Positions 1 to 8,400 of a stretch of 29,271 bases of DNA are shown piece by piece; position 1 is the stretch's first letter; each line of letters opens with the position of its first letter. The DNA is from Candidatus Eiseniibacteriota bacterium (lineage in GTDB: Bacteria > Eisenbacteria > RBG-16-71-46): positions 1 to 29,271 of the forward strand of contig JBGAOB010000021.1 in the NCBI GenBank assembly GCA_044222045.1. The letters run 5' to 3'. The notes under the pieces are model-generated. The model did not search any database and was not told the DNA's origin. It saw only the letters and a program-made list of their open reading frames with translations. A program made the translations under genes and the position numbers.

Positions 1-458
1 CAGCGGTCCTCCGTGGCGAGCGCGATCGCGCCACCCACGACCCAGCCCGCGGCCGCGCCCACCGCGCCGCCGCAGAGCCACATCAGCGGTTCGAAGAAGT
101 CCGAGATCCCGTCCTCGCCGCGCGTGCGAACCACCATCACCGTCACGCCGGTGATGGCGCCGATCATCGCGCCGGTGCTCGCGAACTCCTCGTAGCGCGA
201 CTGCGACTCCGTCGTGCCACGCGGGCCCACCGACCAGGCGTCTTCGCCGGGCGCCGGGTGGCCATCGTCCTTCGGGTCGGGCGTGCGCACGGCGAGCAAC
301 GACGGCGCGTAGGCTTCAACGGGAAGCCGGGCGACGGCAGCGCCGGGCGGACCGCATTCGGGCTCGGCCGCCGCGCACGGGCGCGCGAAGCCGACGGAAA
401 GAAGGAGCAGCAGGGTCGCTGCCGCGAATGTCGTTGGCATCCTCTTCATCGCCGTCAT
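1..458 (-). CDS. Secreted glycine-zipper protein, 3'-truncated at the window edge. The N-terminus is MTAMKRMPTTFAAATLLLLLSVGFARPCAAA... and the C-terminal part has GxxxG-rich segments (GAMIGAITGVTV, GGAVGAAAGWVVGGAIALA).
   Basis: Manual translation of the minus strand gives an uninterrupted frame from the ATG at 458 to position 1, with very high GC3. GGAGG lies 6 nt upstream (ccGGAGGatgatcATG). The signal-peptide-like N-terminus and glycine-zipper motifs are paralogous to the adjacent 513..1046 gene. This ORF is not in the supplied track because it has no in-window stop. Confidence 0.55.
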   Translation of the reverse strand, partial: MTAMKRMPTTFAAATLLLLLSVGFARPCAAAEPECGPPGAAVARLPVEAYAPSLLAVRTPDPKDDGHPAPGEDAWSVGPRGTTESQSRYEEFASTGAMIGAITGVTVMVVRTRGEDGISDFFEPLMWLCGGAVGAAAGWVVGGAIALATEDR

Positions 459-512
459 GATCATCCTCCGGATGGAACCAGTCACCCATCACGCGGTTCG
501 GGGCCCGGAGGG

Positions 513-1046
513 TCAGGGCCACACGGTGCGCCATCGCGCCGGAGCGGCGTCCGCCGCGAATCCCACCACTCCGCCCGCCGCCGCGCCGCCCACGACCCAT
601 AGAAGCGGGAAGTCCGGCATCTCGGAGGACTGGGCGCTGGCCAGCAGCATGAGCGCGCCGATCGCAGCCGCACCCACGGTCGCGCCGATCACGGGGCCGG
701 AGCTTCCGCCCCGATCGCGCGTCTGCACCGCGTCCACCTCGGCCCATGTGAGGCGCCTCACGTAGGCCGGTGTCCCGGGCACGCCGATCTGGATCAGCGC
801 CACGGCGTGAGTGGGGCGAACCAGCGAGACACCGGCCGAATCCCACGCGAGCCGCTCGCACGTGAGCAGGCTGTCGCTGCCCGCGCGCAGGACGCGCATC
901 GATCCCGACCGCAGCGCGCGCAGACGTGCGAGCGAGGCCCCGTCGGGCACGGGCGTGGCGCCGGCCGCCGACGCGAGCAGCGAACCCGCGACGATCGCGG
1001 CGAGCACGGTGGCGAGGGCGATGAGCGGGGCTTCGGTTCGATGCAT
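513..1046 (-). CDS. Secreted glycine-zipper protein (177 aa), with a signal peptide and a C-terminal Gly-zipper membrane-like segment. Paralog of the partial gene at 1..458.
   Basis: Track ORF 513..1127(-). I trimmed the start to Met28 at 1046 (MHRTEAPLIALATVLAAIVAGSLLASAAGA) because a GGAGG box sits 6 nt upstream (cccGGAGGactgccATG). The C-terminus GPVIGATVGAAAIGALMLLAS...VVGGAAAGGVVGFAAD is a typical glycine-zipper (Rick_17kDa/Gly-zipper_Omp-like) composition. Confidence 0.6.
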   Translation of the reverse strand: MHRTEAPLIALATVLAAIVAGSLLASAAGATPVPDGASLARLRALRSGSMRVLRAGSDSLLTCERLAWDSAGVSLVRPTHAVALIQIGVPGTPAYVRRLTWAEVDAVQTRDRGGSSGPVIGATVGAAAIGALMLLASAQSSEMPDFPLLWVVGGAAAGGVVGFAADAAPARWRTVWP

Positions 1047-1244
1047 GGCAGTCCTCCGGGCGCGTCGACGGGAAGAGCATCGGTCCGGAGTCCGGTACGG
1101 GATCAAGCGCTTTTCTCGCGCGCCCACCGGCGGGAGGACGGGCGCGAGCGTGGAACGGCCCGGCCGCCGCGTGGCCCGCCCGTGTGCCGGCTCCGACCCG
1201 CGCGGCCCGCGACCGCCGCGGCCCGCCCGCCCCGCACACGCGAA

Positions 1245-1270
1245 AGGCCCCGCCGGTCGGGCGGGGCCTT
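1245..1270 (-). terminator. GC-rich hairpin AAGGCCCCGCC-ggtc-GGCGGGGCCTT (11-bp perfect stem) immediately downstream of the mmsA stop, followed by UUUCG on the minus-strand transcript.
   Basis: Perfect inverted repeat read directly in the sequence. It sits 27-52 nt after the mmsA stop at 1297. Confidence 0.6.
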
Positions 1271-1296
1271 CGCGTCACTTCGAGCGGTCGGCGCGA

Positions 1297-2775
1297 TCAG
1301 AACCAGCGCGTGATGCTCACCTTCTTGTCGGTGTAGAACTCGATCGAGTCCTGGCCGTGCGCCTTGAGGTCGCCGAAGAAGCTGCCCTTGGCGCCGCCGA
1401 ACGGAAAGAACGCCATGGGCGCGGCCACGCCGATGTTCACGCCGAGCATGCTGGGCTCGACGTGCCAGCGGTACTCGCGGGCGTACTTGCCGCTGCTCGT
1501 GAAGATGCTGCTCGCGTTGCCGAGGTCGTGCCGCTTCACGATGGCCACGGCTTCCTCGAACGTGTCGGCCTTCATGATGCAGAGCACGGGACCGAAGATC
1601 TCCTCGCGCGCGATCACCATGTCGGGCTTCACGTCCACGAACACGGACGGCCCGAGGAAGTAGCCGTTCGGGTTCTTCGCGTCGGCGTAGCCGCGACCGT
1701 CGAGCGCCAGCTTCGCGCCCTCGGCGACGCCCTTCTCGATGTAGCCGAGCACCTTCTCGCGGTGCGCCTTGCTGATCACCGGGCCCATCGTGACGCCGGG
1801 CTCGAGGCCGTCGCCGACCTTGATCTTCTTCGCCTCGGCCACGAGCTTCTCGACCATCGTGTCGTACGCGCTGCCCACGGCCAGCACCACGCTGTTCGCC
1901 AGGCACCGCTCGCCGGCGCAGCCGAAGCACGACTCGGTGCTCACCTGCGCGGCGCGGTTCATGTCGGCATCGGGCATCACGAGCACGAAGTTCTTCGCGC
2001 CGCCCAGCGCCTGCACGCGCTTCCCGCGCTCGGCGCCGCGCTTGTAGATGTAGTGCGCCACCGGCGAGCTGCCCACGAACGACACGCCGGCGATGCCCGG
2101 GTGGTCGAGGATCGCGTCCACCGAGTCCTTCGCACCGTTCACCATGTTGACCACGCCCTCGGGGAAGCCGGCGTCGTGCAGCAGTTCGAAGATGCGCACC
2201 TGGGACAGCGGCACGCGTTCGCTCGGCTTGACCACGAACGTGTTGCCGCAGGCCACGGCGTGCGGCAGGAACCACAGCGGCACCATGGCCGGAAAGTTGA
2301 ACGGCGTGATCGCCGCGAACACGCCCATCGGCTGGCGGTACGTGTAGCAGTCGATGCCCGTGGCGACGTCCTCGAGCGAGCGGCCCTGCATGAGCGATGG
2401 GATGCCGCACGCCATCTCGACGTTGTCGATCGCGCGGCGCACGCTGCTGCGCGACTCGTCGAGCGTCTTGCCGTGCTCCAGCGTGACGATGCGCGCGACG
2501 TCGTCGAAGTACTTCTCGAACAGCGCGCGCAGCGCGAACAGCGGCCGCACACGGTTCACCGGCGGCGTGGCGCGCCACGCGGGGAACGCCTTCGTCGCGG
2601 CCTGCACGGCGGCGTCGACGTCGGCGGCGCCGCCCATCGGAACGCGCGCCAGCAGCAGGTCGTTCGCGGGATTGCGCACTTCGCCGAACTGCGTGGCGGC
2701 GGAGTCCACCCAGCGGCCTCCGATGTAGTTCTGCACGGTACGGGTGGAGGCTGCGGATCCGGACAGCGTCGCCAT
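1297..2775 (-). CDS. mmsA: Methylmalonate-semialdehyde dehydrogenase (CoA-acylating), aldehyde dehydrogenase superfamily, 492 aa.
   Basis: C-terminal 492 aa of track ORF 1297..5298(-). MATLSGS...VQNYIGGRWV...ITPFNFPAMVPLW...FVGSSPVAHYIY...ESCFGCAGERC...EEIFGPVL...KVSITRWF matches the MMSDH/ALDH signature order. The start ATG at 2773-2775 is preceded by AAAGGGG (gaAAGGGGttcccgcATG). The upstream part of the long track ORF is a GC shadow. Confidence 0.88.
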   Translation of the reverse strand: MATLSGSAASTRTVQNYIGGRWVDSAATQFGEVRNPANDLLLARVPMGGAADVDAAVQAATKAFPAWRATPPVNRVRPLFALRALFEKYFDDVARIVTLEHGKTLDESRSSVRRAIDNVEMACGIPSLMQGRSLEDVATGIDCYTYRQPMGVFAAITPFNFPAMVPLWFLPHAVACGNTFVVKPSERVPLSQVRIFELLHDAGFPEGVVNMVNGAKDSVDAILDHPGIAGVSFVGSSPVAHYIYKRGAERGKRVQALGGAKNFVLVMPDADMNRAAQVSTESCFGCAGERCLANSVVLAVGSAYDTMVEKLVAEAKKIKVGDGLEPGVTMGPVISKAHREKVLGYIEKGVAEGAKLALDGRGYADAKNPNGYFLGPSVFVDVKPDMVIAREEIFGPVLCIMKADTFEEAVAIVKRHDLGNASSIFTSSGKYAREYRWHVEPSMLGVNIGVAAPMAFFPFGGAKGSFFGDLKAHGQDSIEFYTDKKVSITRWF

Positions 2776-3132
2776 GCGGGAACCCCTTTCGTGGATGGAA
2801 CCGGCACGCGGGGCCAGCAGGCACCGCGTCTCCCGGCGGCTCGACTCGAGCGCCGTGCGCCGGGACGGCGCGGCTCGATGGTGGAGAAGTGCGGGGGAGG
2901 ATACAACGGTGGTCCGCGGCGACTGAGTGAAATCTGCCGCTCGATTCGCGGCTCGGGACGCTTCGGGGCCGGCGGGACCGCGCCCGTTCCACCGGCGTGC
3001 GCGCTCGTCCCGACGTGCCCGGGCCGCCCGGCGCGCCGGCGTCCGCGCCCGTCGGAGTGCTCGCCCGGCCCGAAGCCCGTGCAGTAGAGTGCCGCGACTC
3101 GTTCCACCCGCGAACCCACAGGAGAGCGATTC

Positions 3133-5418
3133 ATGGACCGCTCCTCGAGCCCGGCTCCCGCCGTACCGTTCTCGCCCTACATCCCCACGGAAGCCTCGAT
3201 CCGCGAGTTCAGCGCGCGCGGCGTCATCGTGGGCACCTTGCTGGGCCTGGTGTTCGGCGCCTCGTCGCTCTACCTGGTGCTGAAGGTGGGCCTCACGGTG
3301 AGCGCCTCGATCCCGGTGGCGGTGATCTCGATCACGCTGTTCAAGCTGCTGTCCAAGCTCGGCGTCAAGGACGCGACGATCCTCGAGAACAACATCGTGC
3401 AGACCGCGGGCTCCGCGGGCGAATCGATCGCGTTCGGCGTGGGCGTGACGATGCCGGCCATCATGATCCTGGGCTTCGATCTCGAGCTCACGCGCGTGGC
3501 GCTGGTCGCGTGCCTCGGCGCGCTGCTCGGCATCCTGATGATGATCCCTCTGCGCCGCGCGCTGATCGTGCAGCAGCACGGCGTGCTCAAGTACCCCGAG
3601 GGCACCGCGTGCGCCGAAGTGCTCAAAGCCGGCGCCTCGGACGACTCGCGCGCGGCCATGTCGGCCTCGGCGCGCGCCGAGGAAGCGGCGGGCTCGGGCG
3701 CGGGCGTCAACGCGCGCACGATCTTCACGGGCTTCGGGCTGGGCCTGCTGTACAAGACCGCGATGAGCGCGGGGCGGCTGTGGAAGGACGTGCCCGAGAA
3801 GGTGTTCGGCAAGCCGCTCGAGTCGGGCTCGATCGCGGCCGAGATCTCGCCCGAACTGCTCGGCGTGGGCTACATCATCGGGCCCAGGATCTCGGCGGTG
3901 ATGTGCGCCGGCGGCGTGCTCGCGTACCTGCTGCTGATTCCGCTGATCAAGTTCTTCGGCTCGGCGATCCCGGGCCCGCTCGCGCCGGGCACGATCCCGA
4001 TCTCCGAAATGAGCCCGGGGCAGATCCGCGGCGCGTACATCCTGTACATCGGCGCCGGTGCGGTGGCCGCGGGCGGCATCATCAGCCTGGTGCGCTCGCT
4101 GCCGATCATCGTGCACGGCCTGCGCGAGGGCCTGCGCGACGTGCGCGGCGGCAAGGGCGCCGCCAGCGCGCACCGCACCGAGAACGACCTGCCGATGACG
4201 TTCGTGTTCGCGGGCATCGCGGTGCTCATGATCGCGATCCTGCTGGCGAAGCCGCTGCACATGAACCTGCTGGGTGCGGCGATGATCGTCATCTTCGGCT
4301 TCCTGTTCGTCACCGTGTCGTCGCGACTCACGGGCGAGATCGGCTCGTCGTCGAATCCCATCTCGGGCATGACCGTGGCCACGCTGCTGCTGACGTGCCT
4401 GATCTTCCTGGTGGTGGGCTGGGTCGGCGGCGTGTGGTACGTCACCGCGTTGTCGGTCGGCGGCATCGTGTGCATCGCGGCGTCGAACGGCGGCACCACG
4501 AGCCAGGACCTGAAGACCGGCTACCTCGTGGGCGCCACGCCGCGCTACCAGCAGATCGCGATCCTGATCGGCTCCCTGGTTTCGGCGCTCGTGATCGGGC
4601 CGATCCTGCTCAAGCTGAACGACTCGGCCACCGTGTACGTGTCGGTCCAGCAGGTGGCGCCGGCGGGGCTCGCCACCGACGTGACCAAGCTGCCGCCGCG
4701 CATGGAGTCGATCCGCGGCCCGCAGGCCGGGCAGGACGCGAAGGCCTATCACGTGTGGCACAAGATCGACGACGTCGGCGGGCCGGCGGGCAAGTACCTG
4801 GTGGACGACGCCGGCAAGGCGGTGTGGCTGGCGGACCCGGGCATCAACGGCCAGTACGACACGCGCCCCGATGGCAGCACGGTGCGCAAGTTCGACGCGC
4901 CCAAGGCCACGCTCATGTCGTACATCATCCGCGGCATCCTCGACCGCCAGCTGCCGTGGGGGCTCGTGCTGTTCGGCGTGATGATCGCGATCGTGCTGGA
5001 AATGAGCGGCATCCCGTCGCTCGCGTTCGCCGTGGGCGTGTATCTGCCGCTCTCGTCGTCGACGCCGATCCTCGCCGGCGGCGCGGTGCGCTGGCTGGTG
5101 GACCGCGCGCGCAACAAGCAGCTCGAGGGCAAGGGCCTGACCGAAGCGCAGCTCGCGGCGGAGGCCGACAAGAGCCCGGGCGTGCTGATGGCCTCCGGCT
5201 ACATCGCGGGCGGCGCGATCGCCGGCATCGTGATCGCGTTCCTCGCGGGTGCGGCCGACCAGCTCGACTCGCGCATCGCGCACTGGGCCGAGGCGCACAA
5301 CCCGTTCTTCGCGGGCCCGAACGCCGACGTGCTTGCGATGATCCCGTTCGTGGTGATCACGGTGGCGCTGTGGCTGGTGGGCCGCGAGAAGTGGCTGGCG
5401 GGGCCGGCCCGGCGCTGA
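3133..5418 (+). CDS. Oligopeptide transporter, OPT superfamily (bacterial OPT family, 761 aa, polytopic membrane protein).
   Basis: Track ORF 3133..5418(+). The N-terminus ...REFSARGVIVGTLLGLVFGASSLYLVLKVGLTVSASIPVAVISITL is the conserved OPT-family opening, and many TM segments follow. The Shine-Dalgarno is cacAGGAGAgcgattcATG. Confidence 0.88.
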   Translation: MDRSSSPAPAVPFSPYIPTEASIREFSARGVIVGTLLGLVFGASSLYLVLKVGLTVSASIPVAVISITLFKLLSKLGVKDATILENNIVQTAGSAGESIAFGVGVTMPAIMILGFDLELTRVALVACLGALLGILMMIPLRRALIVQQHGVLKYPEGTACAEVLKAGASDDSRAAMSASARAEEAAGSGAGVNARTIFTGFGLGLLYKTAMSAGRLWKDVPEKVFGKPLESGSIAAEISPELLGVGYIIGPRISAVMCAGGVLAYLLLIPLIKFFGSAIPGPLAPGTIPISEMSPGQIRGAYILYIGAGAVAAGGIISLVRSLPIIVHGLREGLRDVRGGKGAASAHRTENDLPMTFVFAGIAVLMIAILLAKPLHMNLLGAAMIVIFGFLFVTVSSRLTGEIGSSSNPISGMTVATLLLTCLIFLVVGWVGGVWYVTALSVGGIVCIAASNGGTTSQDLKTGYLVGATPRYQQIAILIGSLVSALVIGPILLKLNDSATVYVSVQQVAPAGLATDVTKLPPRMESIRGPQAGQDAKAYHVWHKIDDVGGPAGKYLVDDAGKAVWLADPGINGQYDTRPDGSTVRKFDAPKATLMSYIIRGILDRQLPWGLVLFGVMIAIVLEMSGIPSLAFAVGVYLPLSSSTPILAGGAVRWLVDRARNKQLEGKGLTEAQLAAEADKSPGVLMASGYIAGGAIAGIVIAFLAGAADQLDSRIAHWAEAHNPFFAGPNADVLAMIPFVVITVALWLVGREKWLAGPARR

Positions 5419-5439
5419 TCGACACCCGGACGTGCACGA

Positions 5440-5475
5440 GGCCGGGGCGATCGCTCGCCCCGGCCTCGCCGTTTT
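5440..5475. terminator. Bidirectional intrinsic terminator between the convergent OPT and protease genes: GGCCGGGGCGA-tcgc-TCGCCCCGGCC (11-bp perfect stem) followed by a T-run (gttttcgttc).
   Basis: Perfect inverted repeat at 5440-5465 plus a downstream T-tract. It lies between the stop at 5418 (+) and the stop at 5491 (-). Confidence 0.65.
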
Positions 5476-5490
5476 CGTTCGACGTCGCGC

Positions 5491-8400
5491 CTACCGGAGC
5501 TTGATCACCTTGCGCTGATCGACCCGCTCCTCGCAGCGGAAGCGAACGAGGTAGACACCCGGCTCCACGCCGCGGCCCGCCTCGTCGTCGCCCCGCCACT
5601 CGATGCGATGCACGCCCGCGCCGAGCCGGCCGCTCGACAGCGTGCGCACGCGCGCGCCGTGCAGGTCGAACACCTCGATCGTGGCGTCCTGCTCGCGGGC
5701 CAGCTCGAACTGGACCGCGGTCGACGTGCGCACCGGGTTCGGCGACACGCCGCGGAACGCCGTGGCGCCGGTGGGCCGCTCGGGCGCATCCACGCTGCCG
5801 TGCTCGAACTGCAGCAGGTACGTGGCCGTGCGCGGCAGATCGTCGGACGCCACCTTCCACACGGCCACGCAGTAGTAGCCGTTGGAGGGCACGTCCACGA
5901 TGACCGTCTCGCGTTCGTCGTCACCGGCGAGCCACGAGACACCGCCGGGCAGCGCCGTGCTCTTGGACAGGTACGCCACGTCGCTCGGGTGCAGCGTCAG
6001 CCCCAGGTCCACGACGCCCGACACGCCGAACAGGTCGACGCCCCAGCGGCCGGCCGTCAGGTAGACCTCGTACAGGTCGAGGATCTGGTTCGGGCCGATC
6101 GTGTAGTTGCCGTAGCGGCCGTTCGGCGTGCCCAGGTACGTCGAGCCCACGACCTCGGCCCGGTAGGAGCTCGTGCCGGTGCCGTACTTCACCACGCCCA
6201 CGTCGAACGCGCGCCAGGCCGTGATGTTGAAGTTGCCCATCACGTAGTCCGACTGACCGTTGCCGAAGTACGACTGCGCGAGCGGCGTCTCGAAGCCGTT
6301 CTTCGCGCCGGTCGACACTTCATGCAGCCGCGGGTCGAAGTCGCTCGTCGAACCGGTCGGCATGATGGCGAGTGCGCCCCACCAGCCGTAGCTCGAATTG
6401 AACACCGGCGTGCGCAACGCATCGCAGTTCCAGTAGATGGAGCCCGTGGTGCCGTGGTCCCAGCCACCGGTGACCTCCGGCGGTGCGCTGCGCACCGTGG
6501 AGGCGTTCAACGCGAGCGTCGTGGGCGTCCAGGTCCACTGCTCGCCGAACGCGTTGTTGTTCTCCCAGATCTCCTCCTGGTCGTTGTTCGGGTCCTCGAT
6601 CGTCGACAGCGTGTGCCGGCCGCCGCGGACCGTCCACGCGTTCGTCCAGTTGAACAGGCCGACCGCGTGCGCGGGGTAGCTGCCCCACGACAACCACCAC
6701 GAGGATGCGCCGCCGTCCTCGTAGGCCTCCTGGTAGAGCGGCGCCGAAGCCGTGGGGCTCTGGTTGATGTTGCCGAAGTTGAAGTACGTACTCGCCACGT
6801 CGCCCGCGAGCGTCGTGGGCGCCGGCACCGAAGCCCCGGTGCCGTCGGCCGCAGCGCGCGGCACGAACGGCGAGTACCAGCCCGCCGCGGTGTACGGAAC
6901 GAAGTCCGGCGGCGTGCGCTGGATGCGCACGGTGTAGTGCACCGGCGCGGTTCCCGCGTCGAGTTCGCGGTACACCATCAGGCAGTGGTAGCCCGTGTTC
7001 GACACGGTCGCGTCGATGCGCCCGAGGCCGTTCGCGTCGGTCACCGCGGTCCCGGCGAGCGACGACAGAGCGCCGGTGGTGAACGTGCTGTCGAGCCACC
7101 GCATCTTCAGCGGCACGGCGCCCGGGTCGGGGTCGGTCACCTGCACCACGAAGCTCACGGCGCCGACCTGGCTCGCGCCCATGTAGACCTCGAACAGGTT
7201 CATGGACGAGCCGCTGGCCATGGTCGCCGCGTAGGTGGAGTTGAAACCGATCCCCAGGCTTCGCACGTGCTCGTAGTTGTAGTCGGAGATCCCGCCGTCC
7301 CAGTTGACCACGCCCACGTCCCACGTGGTGTAACCGACCACGTTGCGGTTCACGAGCACGGCGTCCAGCTCACCCACGCGGCTCGACCACTGCGTGTAGG
7401 TGTCGAAGCCGTTCGCGGGGCCGGTCGAGGCCGTGTGCAGCCGCAGGTCGTAGTCCACCGACGTGTCGGTGGGGCGCAGCGTGATCGCGTTCCACCAGCC
7501 CGACGTGGTGAAGCGCAGGCCGTCGGCGTTGTACTGGAGCGTGGATCCGTCGACGACGTTGCTCCAGCCGGCGGTGCGGTGACGCGGCGCGAAGCGGCTC
7601 GTCACGGCGGCGCCCGTCACGTCCATCGGCGACCAGATCCACTGGTGCCCCCAGGCGTTGTCGCCTTCGTTCGTCTCGGCGATCTCGTCGGCCGCGTCGT
7701 GCACCACCGAGAACGTGTGCCGTCCGCCGCGAACGCTGATCGGTCCCTGGTTCGGGGCGTAGTAGAGGCCCCCGGCACCGATCGCGCCCCACGACACCCA
7801 CATCTGCCATTCGTCGTCGGCGAACACGCGCGCCTGGAAGCCCGTGCCCGTGCTCTGCTCGCCGTTGTTCGTGCCGCCCATGTTCCAGTACGTCGACGAC
7901 GTGTTGCCGGTCAACGACGTGGGCGGCGGGCAGCTGCCGAGCGTGGCGTCGTTCGTCGGTCGCGGCACGACCGGCGTGGTCCAGCCGCTGAACAGGTGGT
8001 AGGTCAGGTTCGCGGGCACCGGCGTGCGGACGATGAACGGGCCCCACGAAGCGTAGCTGCCGCTCCAGCGACCGGCGCGGTCCACCGCGCGGATGTTGAA
8101 CCAGTACGTGCCGGGGGTCAGCGAGCTGGTGGTGAAGCTGGTGACGTTGCCGATGTTCTGGGTCGCCGCCGGCATCGCCGGCCCGCCCGCGGTCACGGAC
8201 ACGCCGTAGCCGCCCACGCCCGACCAGTCGTCGGTCGCGCGCGTCCAGTGCAGGTCGACGGTCGGATCGGGGGAGCTCACGCCGATCGTGTGCGACGTCG
8301 ACGCCAGGCCGGTCACCGCGCCCGGCGCGGTCGCGTCGATCTCGAAGGCGTTGTTCTTCGCCGTCTCCCAGAGGTTCTCCTTGTAGCCGGGATAGCGAGT

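Noticed and set aside
2776-5298. Upstream 840 codons of track ORF 1297..5298(-), apparently fused to mmsA.
   Set aside because: Only the last 492 codons encode a coherent protein (MmsA) with an SD at the internal ATG. The rest is antisense to the OPT transporter gene and is RA-rich shadow.
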